This document shows positions 34,054-48,226 of a stretch of 64,000 nt of DNA, in pieces (the stretch's first letter is position 1; each line of letters opens with the position of its first letter). The stretch lies in assembly GCF_009914755.1 (NCBI RefSeq), contig NC_060926.1; one strand, written 5' to 3'. The position numbers and the translations under genes were made by a program. Origin of the DNA: the human T2T-CHM13v2.0 reference genome, Homo sapiens. The notes under the pieces are model-generated. The model was not told the origin of the DNA and did not search any database. It was given only the letters and a program-made list of their open reading frames with translations.

Positions 34054-36884
34054 TTATATGGCTTGGCTCTGTGCCCCCACCCAAATCTCATCTCAAATTC
34101 TAATCCTCATATGTTAAGAGAGGGACCTGATGGGAAATGATTGGATCATGTGGATGGATTTTCCCCTTGCTGTTCTCATGACCATGAGTAATTTCTCGTG
34201 AGATCTGGTAGTTTGGTAAGTGTCTGGCACTTTCCCTTTCTCTCTCTTGCCACCATGTAAGATGTGCCTGCTTCCCTTTCACCTTCTGCCATGATAGTGA
34301 GTTTCCTGAGGTCACCCAACCATGCAGAACTGTGAGTCAGTTAAACCTCTTTTCTTTATTAATCACCTAGTCTCAGTCAGTTCTTTATAGCAGTGTGAGA
34401 AAAGACTAATACAGAAAATTGGTACTGGCAGAGTAGGGTACTGCTATAAAGATAATTTGAAAATGTGGAATCGACTTTGGAACTGGGTAATGGGCAGAGA
34501 TTGAAAGAGTTTTTGGAGGGCTTAGAAGTAGACAGGAAGATGTGAGAAAGTTTGAAACTTCCTAGAGACTTGTTAAATGGTTTTGAACAAAATGCTGATA
34601 GTCACATGAATAATAAGTCCAGGCTGAGGTGTTCCCAGATGAAGATGAGGAAATTTATTGGGAACTGGAGTAAAGATCACTTATGATATGCTTTAGCAAA
34701 GAGACTGGCAACATTTTGTCCCTGGCCTAGAGATCTGTGGAACTTGAACTTGAGAGAGATGATTTAGGGTATCTGGCAGAGGAATTTATAAGCAGCAAAG
34801 CATTCAAGAGGTGATCTGGCTAATTCTGAAAGCATTCAGTCATATGCATTCACAAGACATTATCTGAAACTGGAAATTTTATTTAAAAGGGAAACAGAGC
34901 ATAAAAGTTTGGAAAATTTGCAGCCTGACCATGAGGTAGAAAAGAAAAACCCATTTTCTGGGGAGAAATTCAAGCCAGCTGCAAAAATTTGCATAGGTGA
35001 CAAGGAACCAAATGTTAGTAACCAAGACAATTGGAAAAATGTCTCCAGGGCATATCAGAGGTCTTCATGGTAGCCCTCCCATCTCAGGCTCAGAGGCCTG
35101 GGAGGAAAAAATGGTTTTGTGGGCGAGGCCCAGGGCCCCTCTCTTCTGTGCAGCGTCAGGACTTAGTGCCCTGCATCCCAGCCACTACAGCTCCAGCTGT
35201 AGTTAAAAGGGGCCAAGTTATAGCTTGGGTTGTTGCTTCAGAGGGTACAGGTCCCAAGCATTCATGGCTTCCATGTAGTGTTTGGCCTACAGGTCCACAG
35301 AAGAGAAGAATTGAGCTTAGGGAACCTCTGTCTAGATTTCAGAGGATGTATGGAAATACCTGGATGTCCAGGCCGAGTCTTCTGCAGAGGCAGAGACATA
35401 ATGGAGAAACTTTACTAGGGAAATGCATAAGGGAATTGTGGGGTTTGTGCCCCTACACAAAGTCCCCACTCAGGCACTGCCTAGTGGAGCTGTGGGAAGA
35501 GGGCCACAGTCCTCCAGACCCAAGAATGGTAGATTCACCGACAGTTTGCACCATGCACTTGGAAAAGTTGGAGGCACTCAACACCAGCCTGTGAAAGCAG
35601 CCACGGGGGCTGTACCCTGCAGAGCCATGGGGTCAGAGCTGCCCAAGGCCATGGGAGCTCATCCCATATATCAGCATGTCCTGGATGTGAGACATGGAGC
35701 TATCAACCCTAAAAATTTGAGACAGGTCCCAGTTAATTTATAAAGTTTATTTTGCCAAGGTTGAGGACATACCCATGACACAGCCTCGGGAAGTTCTGAT
35801 GACATGTGCCCACAGTGTTTGGAGCACAGCTTAGTTTTACACATTTTAGGGAGACATGAGACATCAATCAATATATGTAAAAAGTACATTGGTTCCCTCT
35901 GGAAAGGTGGGACAATTTGAAGCAAAGGCAGGAAGGCTCAAAGCAGGGACAGGGCTTCCAGGTCACAGATAGGTGAGACACTAACAGTTTCATTATTTTG
36001 AGTTTCTGATTAGCCTTTCCAAAGGAGGCAATCAGATATGCATCTATCTCAGTGAGCAGAGGGATGACTTTGAATAGAATGGGAGGCAGGTTTGTCCTAA
36101 GCAGTTCCCAGCTTGACTTTTCCCTTTAGCTTAGTGATTTGACAGCCTCAAGATTAATTTCCTTTCACAGAGTCAAAGAAGATTTTGGAGCTTTAAGATT
36201 TAATGACTGCCCTGCTGGGTTTTGGACTTGCATCAGATCTTTGTTTTGGCCAATTTCTCCCATTCAAAATGGGAACATTTACCCAATGCCTGTACACCCA
36301 TTGTAGTAACTAATTTGGAAATAACTAACTTGTGTTTTATTTTACAGGTTCATAGGCAGAAGGGACTTGCCTTGTCTCAGATGAGACTTTGGACTTGGAC
36401 TTTTGAGTTAATGCTGGAATGAGTTAAGTCTTTGGGGGACTGTTGGGAAGGCATAATTTGTTCTGAAATGTGAAAAGGTCTTGAGATTTGGGAGGAGGCA
36501 GGGGCTGAAGGATATGGTTTGACTCTGTGTCCCCACCCAAATCTGATCTCAAATTGTAATCCCCATGTGTCTAGGGAAGGACCTGGTGGGAGGTGATTGA
36601 ATCGTGGGGGTAGATTTCCCCCTTACTGTTCTCATGATAGTGAGTGAGTTCTCATGAGATCTAGTAGTTTGATAAGTGTCTGAAAGAAGGTGCTTTCCCC
36701 TTCTTTCTCTCTTTCTCCTGCCACCATGTAAGCCTTGCCTGCTTCCCTTTCAACTTCTGCCATAACTGTAAGTTTCCTGAGGCCCCCAAGCCATGCAGAA
36801 CTGTGAGTCAATTAAACCTCTTTTCTTTATTAATCACCCAGTCTCAGGCAGTTCTTTATAGCAGTGTGAAAACAGATTAATACA
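34054..36884 (+). mobile_element. Complete MaLR provirus (MSTA/THE1D-like): 5' LTR 34054-34413, internal region, 3' LTR 36510-36884
   Basis: Two direct LTRs ending taataca, characteristic internal sequence (gaaaatgtggaatcgactttggaactggg), perfect 5-bp TSD GATAT. Confidence 0.95.
35701..36169 (-). mobile_element. MER4A-like solo LTR nested in the MST internal region
   Basis: aagtttattttgccaaggttgaggac...ccctttagcttagtgatt...cctttcaca. TSD gagc/gagt. Confidence 0.88.
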
Positions 36885-38987
36885 GATATGCTTACTTATC
36901 TTGATTATCCTTCTTTTTTGTCAAGATTTTCTAATTTCTCATTTGTTTCAAGAGAACTCATAACTGCTTGTTGAAGCACTTTGGGGGTTGCTTTAAAATC
37001 CTTATTAGATATTTCCAACCTCTAATTCATCTTGGAGTTTGTTTCTGTTGATTTTCCTGGTTCTTATGTGATTGTCAGTAAAATTCTGGACTTTTTGGAT
37101 ATTATGTTATGAAACTCTGCAATCTATTTAATCTTTTTCGGTTTTTCAGGCAGTTCTTCTGTTGAGGTATTATGTGAGGTCTAGGTCGTTGAATATTTTC
37201 AGCTACCCTGTTGGCCCCAATCACATGACAGGATAGAAGCAGAGCAGAGAGGGTGAAGGCCCTTTCTGGACCATCTCATTAAGTCTTGCTGCTGCTGGGT
37301 GGGAATGGCAGCTTTATGCACCGATGGACCCAGCTAACACAATCATAGTAGAACAATCTGAACACTCCCTGCTTCAACTGTGTGTAGAATGCAGGATTCA
37401 TACTCAATCTCCCCAACACTTCACCTGCAGGAAAATTGGGTCACTGTCACCTACTTCTGCCAGGAGAGGGAAAGAAGACCAGCTCCATGCTCAACCAGGC
37501 TGATAATGTCCAGAGAAAAAACTACAGCATGCCACGTGCTTCCAAGGGTGGAGGAAAGGGAGTATGGAAGATCAACTTTCTGTTCGGCTCTGCTGAGTCT
37601 ACAAGAACTGAGGAGTATCGTTCCTGTTCATATTTGACTGACGTAGACAAGTATTACCAAAAGTATTTTCTGATGCTAGGCCACCTTTTTCTTGGCCATT
37701 AACTGAAGAAAATAGGCATTTCTTGCAACTTCTTTTTCTTTTTTCTTTTTTTTTTTTTTTCTGTGCCTGCTGGTGGTTCTGGATCTGAGGCTTCTTCTCT
37801 CTATCTGGGAGACATACATGGGAGGCAATAAGAAAACCCAGAAAACTCACTGCTGTGTTGTTCCTCAAGTCCTGAGTCTCTGGACAGCCCACATTCTTTC
37901 TAAAGGTCAAATAATTTCTATGTGGATTATTGTGTTAAGTCTAGGAGGTCTTTGCTGTAAGAAAGAGAACTTGGGGAAATGGGGAAACTCCACTTTGGCA
38001 GAAGCAGCTTCATGAGAAGTTATTTTTAAGTGCAATGTTTTTACTCTCAGGTGACTATGCCCACCACACCACCCCATGGATGAGTGCCTCTGGAGTTGCT
38101 GTTTCTCTAAATACCTGTCAAAGATCAGGACACAAGCAGCTAACACGGGGAAGAAATGCATGTCTTCACTTTTCTGTTGTGCTCTGTTGATGGGGTGGTC
38201 CCAAGACAGTACTGCTTGTGTACTTCTCAAGCAGTATTTTTCTCAGGAATCCACTCATTAGTGGTGATCCTGGTCAGAGCAGTCCATGCCCAGGGGAGCC
38301 TTGAACATCCAGCATGACAGTGCTGGCAGGACAGTAGAGTACAGACTGGCAGAGAATAAAACTCACGCCAGGCAATGTGCTCAGTAATATCAGACTTTTA
38401 GGGAGCATGTATCACCCCTGAAACATCAAAACATACCTGAAAGCAAAGTTCTTGAAAGCTGAAGGGCTTGTGTCAATCATGACTACTTATTCTGAAAGGT
38501 GGCTTAAGACAGCATAAGCTTATGTTATATAATATTCCTAAAGTTATTGTATTTTAGTCTTTAATATACTATATCAAATACAATACATAGGTTACCAGTC
38601 TCTTCATAACTCAACAGATGAAGCACAGATCCAATTTCTCAGCTCTATTTCAGTGACTGGTTGAATTTAAGTTTCTACCTAGTATTTCCAAGTGCCATTT
38701 TTTGAATTATTGGTGAAACATAATACAAGGAAGTATTTAACAGTGAGCATGCGAGATAATAAAGATATTTTCACTTACCTGATTTTGTAACTCTTGAATA
38801 CTGGGCTATTTCACTGTGGTAGTATAGTCTACTGGCAAAATGTGATCCTCTGATGATTTATATGGACAAATTAGAATATTGTGTTCTCCAATCTTCATTT
38901 CTAAATATATCCCCACACTACTTTTCTACCTAAATTCTCTCATCTTATTAGGCCCCTAATCCGTACATCCCTCTACCTATAATTAGT

Positions 38988-39230
38988 ATGGCAGATTGTA
39001 TTTTTCAAAAGACAGACCACAGCAGTATATCTGGTTCCATATGCTTTTCCAGAATCTTTCCACTCCCCATCAAGAGGTGGAGTCTACTTACTTTGCTCTT
39101 AAATCTCAGCAGATTTTGTGACCACTTTGATGAATAGAATGTGACATAAGTGATGCCATAACCTCTGAGTCTAGGTTATAAAGGATGGCCTGGCTCCCAG
39201 TTGGCCCTCTCAGGATGCCTGCTCTTGGCT
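38988..39230 (+). mobile_element. MLT1 (G/H-like) LTR 5' fragment
   Basis: ccactccccatcaagaggtggagtcta...aatagaatgtgacataagtgatgc. Confidence 0.7.
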
Positions 39231-40228
39231 ATTTACCACTAGTTTTTGCCATTGGGCTTTTCTGTAACATTCCTTATCTGTGCCTTTCACTGGGCATTCA
39301 CTTAGTCCATGAGAAATACATAGGGCCCACACTTTTAAATATTTTAGCTGTAAAAAATCTTTCTAGTCTAAACATTCCAGATTTGTTTTTGTTTCTCGAA
39401 CATCTCTGTTTCATCTCTATAACAATAGCAGTTAATGAAAGCGATGATAATTCCCTTCAACAAACAATTACTGAGCATCAAATTATGTGTAAGACAGTAT
39501 GCTCTCGGTTTTTTATTCACACAGAGTAGAAAAATTAGAGAGAGAGAGACTAGCCCCTAAGGCCCTTTCAGGTCTAGCGCTTCAGTGGCTCTTCTGAATA
39601 AGCCTGAGTATGGAGAACAGCCTGAAGCAGCCATACACCCTGGGGAGAGACACACAGCAAGAGCTTGGCATCAAGAGTCCTAGTCAGGAATCCTGGTTCT
39701 GTCATTTTCTAACAGTCTGGCACCCTAATAAACCATTTGACCTTAATTTCTTGCTTCTCATAACCTTGGTTTCTACATTTTTGAAACAGGAATATTATTA
39801 ACTACCATCTAGATTTTTTCTGGTGGAAAATGGGATAAGATATATTCAGCACTTAGCAGAACATTTAGGTAGAGCTAGTTCGTTTCAGTCTAGCTGCGTG
39901 CTCAGTGTTTGGACAGGATACAGTATTAACAGAAAGTCCCATCTGAGGGGACAATGTCAGGAAACAGAAAATTAGATCAGGAATCTGACAACTGATGTGG
40001 ATGGTGGGGCATCAAGGGGCATGGTTGTAGGTTGGCAAACAGAACAAAACGGGATTGAGTTGAAACAGAAGGCCCTGAGCAAAGGAGGGTGTAAGAGGTG
40101 CTCTTGGAGTGGATTAGCACCAGGATTGATGTGTGCTGATAAAAATTATAATGTTGCACAATAGTAAGAATAGAAAGGTGTAGGAAGGAGGCTGGTGCTA
40201 TATATCATAAGCTGAAAAAAGTGGGCTC

Positions 40229-40418
40229 TAGAGCTGTCCAATAGAACTTTATTTGATGATGAAAACGTTCTATTCTACACTATCCAATATAGTAGCTACT
40301 AGCCACTCATTATATGACAAATTCAACTTAGAAACTGAATTTTTTTTGCATTTATTTTTAATTAATTTTAATTAAAATAGCCACTATGACTAGTGACTAC
40401 TATATCAGGCAGCACAAT
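40229..40418. mobile_element. MER3 hAT MITE within a MIR (MIR about 40205-40630)
   Basis: gctgtccaatagaacttt...gatgatgaaaacgttcta...aaatagccactatgactagtgactac. Confidence 0.8.
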
Positions 40419-40721
40419 TCTCTGAGTCAGACTTCCCTGGGTTCATAAACTGTCTGCTTCCTTTAGTAGCTGTGTAACTTTAGAAAACTTATTCAACTTT
40501 GCTGAGCCCTGGTTTTCTCATCTGTAAAATAATCTTTTAATATTTTCAAAGCTACAGAGAGGCTAAAATGAAATACATAAATTTAGTGGCTGGCACACAA
40601 AGAGGAGTCAATAAATGTGAGTTATTACTCTATGAATTCAAATATTCATAATTTTATAAATGCATTAATTATGTCATTGTATACCAAGAAAAACAATGAG
40701 GCAAGTGAAACAGATTTTATT

Positions 40722-43700
40722 TTATTTTTTAAAAATTTTTTATTTCCTAAGTTATTGGGGAACAGATGGTGTTTGGTTACATGAGTAAGTTCTTTAGTGG
40801 TGATTCGTGAGGTTTTGGTGCACCCATCTCCTGAACAGTATACACTGCACCTAATTTGTGGTCTTTTATCACTCACCCCCTTCTCACCCTTTCTGCCTGA
40901 GTCCCCAAAATCCATTGCGTTATTCTTATGCCTTTGCATCCTGATAGCTTAGCTCCCACTTATGAGTAAGAACATATGATGTTTGGTTTTCCATTCCTGA
41001 GTTACTTCACTTAGAATAATAGTCTTCAATCTCATTCAGGTCGCTGTGAATGCCATTAATTCATTCCTTTTTATGGTTGAGTAGTATTCCATCATATATA
41101 TATCACATCACATCATATATATATACCACAGTTTCTTCATCCACTCATTGATTCATGGGCATTTCAGTTGGTTCCAAGTTTTTGCAATTGCAGATTGTAC
41201 TGTTATAAACATGTGTGTGCAAGAATCTTTTGTCATATAATGACATTTTTTCCTCTGGGTAGATACCCAGTAGTGGGATTGCTGGATCAAATGGTAGTTC
41301 TACTTTTAGTTCTTTAAGGAATCTCCACACTGTTTTGCATAGTGGCTGTACTAGAGTAGATTCCCACCAGCAGTGTAGAAGTGTTCCCTGTTCACCGCAG
41401 ACATGCCAACATCTATTATTTTCTATTTTTTATTTATGGCCATTCTTGCAGGAGTAAGGTGGTAGCACATTGTTGTTTTGATTTGCATTTCCCTGATCAT
41501 TAGTAATGTTGAGCATTTTTTATATGTTTGTTGGCCATTTATATGTCTTCTTTTAAGAATTTTCTATTCATGTCCTTAGCCCACTTTTTACCGGGATTGT
41601 TTGTTTTTTTCTTGATAATTACTTTAGGTTCATTGTAGATTCTGGATACCAGTCCTTTCTCAGGTGTATAGATTGTGAAGATTTTCTCCCACTCTGTGTG
41701 GGTTGTCTATTTACTCTGCTGACTGTTCCTTCAGCCGCGCAAGAGCTTTTTAGTTTAATTAAGTCCCAGCTATTTATCTTTGTTTTTATGCATTTGCTTT
41801 TGGACTCTTGATCATAAAAGCCTTGCCTAAGTCAATGTTTAGAAGGGTTTTTCCAATGTTATCTTCTAGAATTTTTATAGTTTCAGGTCATGGATTTAAG
41901 TCCTTGATCCATCTTGTGTTGATTTTTGTGTAAGGTGAGAGAAGAGGATCCAGTTTCGTTCTTCTACATGTGTTTTGCCAATTATCCCAGCACCATTTGT
42001 TGAATAGGGTGTCCTTTCCCCACTTTATGTTTTTGTTTGCTATAAGTATTTGGGTTTATTTCTGGGTTCTCTATTCTGTCCCATTGATCTATGTGCCTAT
42101 TTTTATATCAGAACCATGCTGTTTTGGTAACTGTGGCCTTATAATATAACTTGAAATCAGGTAATGTGATGCCTCCAGTTTTGTTCTTTTTGCTTAGTCT
42201 TGCTTTGGCTATGCTTTGGTTCTATATAAATTCTAAGATCTTGTTTTCTAGTTCTGTGAAGAATGGTGGTGGTATTTTGATGGGAATTGCATTGAATTTG
42301 TAGATTGTTTATGGCAGTATGGTCATTTTCACAATATTGATTCTACCTATTCATAAGCATGGGAAGTGTTTCCATTTGTTTGTGTATGTGTTTTTCAGCG
42401 GTGTTTTATAGTTATTCTTACAGAGGTTTTTCATCTCCTTGATTAGGTATATTCCTAAGTATTTTATTTTTGGGTAGTTATTGTAAAAGGGGTTGAGTTC
42501 TTGATTTGATTCCCAGCTTGGTCGCTGTCGGTGTATAGAAGAGCTACTGATTTCTGTACATTAATTTTGTATCCAGAAACTTTCCTGAATTCTTTTATCA
42601 GTTCTAGGAGCTTTCTGGAGGAGTCTTTAGGGATTTTTAGGTAAACAATCATATCATCAGCAAACAGTGACAGCTTGACTTCCTCTTTACTGATTTGGAT
42701 GTCCTTTATTTCTTTCTCTTGTCTGATTGCTCTGCCTAGGACTTTTAGTACTACATTGAAGAGGAGTGGTGAGAATGGGCATCCTTGTCTTTTTCCAGTT
42801 CTCAGAGGGAATGCTTTCAACTTTTCCCCATTCAGTATTAAGTTGGCTGTGGGTTTGTCATAGATGGCTTCTATTACATTAAGCTATGTCTCTTCTATGC
42901 CGATTTTGCTGAGGTTTTTTTAATCATAAAGGGATGCTGTATTTAGTCAAATGCTTTTCCTGTGTCTATTGAGATGATCATGTGATTTTTGTTTTTAATT
43001 CTGTTTATGTGGTGTATCACATTTATTGACTTGTGTATGTTAAACCATCCCTTCATCCCTTCCATAAAGCCCACTCGATCATGTTGGATGATATTTTTGA
43101 TATGTTGTTGGATTCAGTTAGCTAGCATTTGGTTAAGGATTTTACCATCTATGTTCATCAGGGACATTGGTCTGTAGTTTTATTTTTGGGTTATGTTCTT
43201 TCCTGGTTTTGGTATTAGATTGATACTGGCATCACAGAATGATTTAGGGAGGATTCCCTCTTTCTCTATCTTGTGGAATAGTGTCAATAGGATTTTTACC
43301 AATTCTTCTTTGAAGGTCTGGTAGAATTCTGCCATGAATCTGTCTGATGCTGGACTTTTTTGTTGGTAATTTTTTTATTACCATTTCAATCTTGCTGCTT
43401 GTTATTGGTCTGTTCAGGGTCTCTAATTCTTCCTGATTTAAGCTAGGTGGGTTGTATTTTTCCTGAAATTTATCCATCTCCTGTAGGTTTTCTAGTTTAT
43501 GCACATAAAGATGTTCATAGTAGCCTTGAATGATCTTTTGTATTTCTGTGGTCAGTTGTAATATGTGCCATTTCGTTTCTAATTGAGCTTATTTGGATTT
43601 TCTCTCTTCTTTTCTTGGTTAATCTTGCTAATTGTCTATCAATTTTATTTATCTTTTCAAATAACCAGTTTTTTTGTTTCATTTATTTTTTGTATTTTTT

Positions 43701-46700
43701 TGTTATTGTTTGTTTAGTTGGTTGTTTCAATTTCATTTAATTCTGCTCTGATCTTGGTTATTTCCTTTCTTCTACTGGGTTGGAGTTTGGTTTGTTCTTG
43801 TTTCTCTAATTCCTGGGGGTATGACCCTAGATTGTCTGCTTGTGTTCTTTCAGACTTTTTCATGTAGGCATTTAGGGCTATGAACTTTCCTCTTAGCACC
43901 GCCTTAGCTGTATCCCAGAGGTTTTGGTATGTTGTGTCACTATTGTTATTCAGTTCAAAGAATTTTTTAATTTCCATCTTGATTTCATTGTTTACCCGAT
44001 GATCATTCAGTAACAGGTTACTTCATCTTCATGTATTTGTCTAGTTTTGAAGGTTCTTTTGGATTTGATTTCCAGTTTTATTCCACTGTGGTCTGAGAGA
44101 GTGCTGCATATAATTTCAGTTTTCTGAAATTTATTGAGACTCGTTTTGTGGCCTATCATATGGTCTACACTGGAGAAAGTTCAATGTGCTGATGAACATA
44201 ATATATATTATGTGGTTGTTGGGTAGAATGTTCTGGAAATATCTGTTAAGTCCATTTATTCCAGAGTATAGTTTAAGTCCATTATTTCTTTGTTGACTTT
44301 CTGCCTTGATGACCTGTCTAGTGCTGTCAGTGGAGTATCAAAGTCCCCCACTATTATTGTGTTGCTGTCTACCTCAATTCTTAGGTCTAGTAGTAATTGT
44401 TTTATAAATTTGGGAATTCCAGTGTTAGGTGCAAATATATTTAGGATTGTTATATTTTCCTGTTGGCTAAGGCCTTTTATCAATATATAATGTCCCTCTT
44501 TGTCTTTTTAAAGTGCTGTTGCTTTAAAGTTTAAAGTTTAAAGTTTTCTTTGCCTGATATAAAAATAGCTATTCCTGCACACTTTTGGTGTCCATTTGCA
44601 TGGAATGTCTTTTTCCACCACTTTACCTTAAGTTTATATGAGTCCTTATGTGTTAAGTGAGTCTCTTAAAGGCAGCAGATAGTTGATTGGTGAATTCTTA
44701 TCCATTCTGCAATTCTGTGTCTTTAAGTGGAGCATTTAGGCCATTTACATTCAACCATATTATTGAGATGTGAGGTACCATTTCATTCACCGTGCTTTTT
44801 GATGCCTGTATACCTTGGTTTTTTGTTTATTTTTTAATTCTATTTTTGTTGTATGTGTCCTTTAAAGATGTTTTATAGATGCTTTAAAGAGGTTCTGCTT
44901 TTATGTGTTTCCAGGATTTGTTTCAAGATTTAGAGCTCCTTTTAGCAGTTCTTGTAGTGCTGGCTTGGTAGTGGTGAATTCTGTCAGCATTAGTTTGTCT
45001 GAAAAAGACTGTATCTTTCGTTTGTTTATGAAACTTAGTTTCACTAGATACAAAATTCTTTGCCGATAATTGTTTTGTTTAAGGAAGCTGAAGATAGGGC
45101 CCCAATCCTTTCTAGCTTGTAGAGTTTCTGATGAGAAATCTGCTTTTAATTTGGTAGGTTTTCCTTTATAGTTTACCTGGTGCTTTTGTCTCACAGCTAT
45201 TAAGATTCTTTCTTTCATCTTAACTTTAGATAACCTGATGACAATGTGCCTAGGTGATGATCTTTTTGCAATGAATTTTCCAGGTGTTCTTTGAGCTTCT
45301 TGTATTTGGATACCTAGGTCTCTAACAAGCCCAGGGAAGTTTTCCTTGATTATTCCCTCAAATATATTTTCCAAACTTTTAGATTTTTCTTCTTCCTCAG
45401 GAATGCCAATTATTCTTAGATTCGGTTGTTTAACATAATTCCAGACTTCTTGGAGGCTTTGTTCATATTTTCTTATTCTTTATTGCCTTTGTTGAATTGG
45501 GTTAATTGGAAAACCTTGTCTACGAGCTCTGAAGTTCTTTCTCCTGCTTGTTCAGTTCTATTGTTGAGACTTTCAGGAGTATTTTGCATTTCTATAAGTG
45601 TGCTCATTGTTTCCTGAAGTTTTTATTGTTTTTTATTTATGCTGTCTATTTCATTAAAAATTTCTCCCCTCGTGTCTTGTATCTTTTTTTTTTTTTTTAA
45701 CTTCTTTAAATTGGGCTTTGTCTTTCTCTGGTGCCTCTCTGATTAGCTTAATAACAAACCTTCTGAATTCTTTTTCAGGTAAATTGGGAATTTCTTCTTG
45801 GTATGGATCAATTGCTGGTAAGCCAGTGTGATATTTTGGGGGTGTTAAATAACCTTGTTTTGACGTATTACCAGAGTTGGTTTTCTGGTTCTTTCTCATT
45901 TGGGTAGGTTCTGTCAGAGGGAAAGTCTAGGGCTCAAGACTGTTCAGATTCTTTTGTCCCATAAGGTGTTCCCTTGATGTAGTACTGTACCCATTTTCCT
46001 AGGGATGTGGCTTCCTGAGAGCCAAGCTGTATTGAATGTTGTCTCTCTTCTGGATCTAGCCACTCAGCAAGTCTATCAGGCTCTGGGCTGGTACTGAGGT
46101 TGTTTGCACAGAGTCCTGTGATGTGAACCATCTGTGGGTCTCTCAGCCATGGATACCAGCACTTGTTCCAGTGGAGGTGGCAGGGCAGTGAAATGGACTC
46201 TGTGAGGATCTTTAGCTTTGGTTGTTTAATGTACTATTTTTGTGCTGATTGGCCTTCTGCCAGCAGGTGGCACTTTCAAGGGAGCATTAGCTATGGTAGT
46301 ATGGAGAGGAACAGTTGATGGGCTAGGCCCTAGAACTCCCAAGAGTATATGCCCTTTTTCTTCAGCTACCAGGGTGGGTAGGGAAGGACCATTAGGTGGG
46401 AGCAGGGCTAGGCATGTCTAAGCTCAGACTCTTCTTGGGCGGGTCTTGCTGCGGCTGCTGTGGTGGATGAGGGTGAGGTTCTCAGGTCAATGAAATTATG
46501 TTCCTAGGAGGATTATGGCTGCCTCTGCTGTGTCATGCAGGTTGTCAGGGAAGTGGGGGAAATCTGGCTTCACCCAGCTCCCACACAACCCAAAGGGCCG
46601 GTCTCACTCCCACCATGCTCCCACCAACAGCACCAAGTCTGTTTCCAGGCAGTGGGTGAGCAGAGCTGAGAACTTGCCCTAGGCTACCCACCCCCAGCTA

Positions 46701-47300
46701 TGAAAGCAAGTAGGGATTTCATGCTTCCCCTACCTGTGAAGTTTGCACACCAGATTCATGTCTTCCCCTGAGTTCTGGCCAGGAGACTTCTTGATCAGTT
46801 CAAATTGTTATAAAGTTCAGCTGGAGGTTTCCTTCTCCCTGAGGCCTTTTCCCAGTACCTCTAGCAACCATCCCCAAAGACCCCTGTGAGGCGAGGAAGA
46901 AATGGCTTGCCAGGGGACCCAGTGAGCCCACGGGGATTCTCCTGCTGCTTCCTCTACCCCTGAATTTCACTTGGCTCTCTAAATTGACTCAGCTCCAGGT
47001 AAGGTCAGAATCTTCTCCCATGATCTAGACCTTCCATTTCCCCAGTGAAGGTGTATGTTCAGGGGAAGACGATCCCCCTTTCTCACTTCCATAGTTTAGG
47101 CACTCACAGTATTTGAGGTGTCTGCCAGGTCCTGCAGGAGCAGTCTGCTTCCTTCAGAGGGTGTGTGGGTTTTCTTGGCTTTCCTGATTTATTCCTGCAG
47201 TTGTTCTGGAGCAGAAGTTCACAATACAAGCCTCCATACCACATACTGCTCTGTCCATCCGAGTCGGAGCTGCAATCTAATCCTGCCTCTTGTCCACCAT
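40722..47300 (-). mobile_element. Essentially full-length L1PB1-like element (6.6 kb) with disrupted ORFs
   Basis: L1PB 3' end (ggtgtttggttacatgagtaagttctttagtggtg). ORF2 EN/RT remnants (ITILNIFAPNTG...VGDFDTPL; [10 protein letters not shown]), ORF1 remnant 44901-45899, L1PBa-type 5' UTR. Flanking direct repeat GTGAAACAGATTTTATT (40705-40721, 47301-47317). Confidence 0.95.
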
Positions 47301-47789
47301 GTGAAACAGATTTTATTATATCAATTCTGTTATGGACAAGGTGCAGAATAAGTGCCTTACCTGAAGGGCAGAGGCATATGTCCATCAAGTAGTGCTCAAA
47401 TACTTGTTTTCTGGGCGCTCAGGATCTGAGCAATGCTATGCTAAGCCCAATCAGGGCTACAAGAGACACATGCAATGCAGATCTGTTCTCAAGCTGTTTA
47501 GTGCCCAATGGCAAGATGAACCCCATGCATGGGAAAAAAGAAGAAATCAATGCTTTGTCAAGTGCTGTGGCTCTGACCATGCCGTAGCAATGGCTCAGCA
47601 ACATCCACACAGCTTGGGGCTTTGGAAAAGATCCAACCACTCAACAAGAATTGAGCCAGGTTTTTCACATTTAATTACTTATTAAATGCCCATACCAATC
47701 CTTAAATAACACTACTATTGTCTATGTTCTACAGATGAGCAAACCAAGAATCTGATGAATTAATAATTTGACCTAGGATATTGACAGGT

Positions 47790-48226
47790 CTAGGATTTAA
47801 TTTTCTCAACTTACAAGTTAGTAAATTAGCTTATTACTGTTTCATGGATGCTGGCAAAAGACACAAGACTCCTGGGTCAGAGGCAAAGAACTTTATTATT
47901 CACAGCACAGCAAGCAGCACAATTTGCACTGCTTCCCCTTTCCCCCAAGCCTCTCCACAGATCAGATGAATGTCAAGCATGCAGTGGATTTGCCTCACAC
48001 TTGAGGAACACTGGGCTTTGGAAATCCACCATGTTGTAGCAAGCAGAAAGCAAACTTGCTGTTGGTCTCTAATAGATGCATTACCACATCCCTGAAGGTT
48101 GCTCAAGGAAAATACAATCCTGAGAAATGGCCCAGGTAGAGAGTAGGCAGAGCTTTGCATTTTGGACCTACCCAGCTAGATGGTGTAGGGACACTCAGGG
48201 CCTGTGCTTGGTTGCCTTCCCCAACA
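47790..48226 (-). mobile_element. ERVL LTR (MER73/MER74/LTR53-like)
   Basis: agacacaagactcctgggtcagaggcaaagaactttattattcacagcacagcaagcagca ... ccttccccaaca. Confidence 0.6.

Larger units (their letters stand above)
31190..38000 (-). mobile_element. Fragmented old L1M (L1MC/MD-like), 3' UTR through ORF1/5' region, hosting MER30 and an MST element
   Basis: T-rich + strand; gattcatcaaggttgttgcatgtatcaatagtttgttc; ccagcttcataaaatgaactg; ggcttccattgtttcagatgtgaaatcc. Confidence 0.7.

Noticed and set aside
34997-35743. Several 60-187 aa ORFs
   Set aside because: All lie within the MST/THE1 internal region and are frameshifted MaLR remnants.
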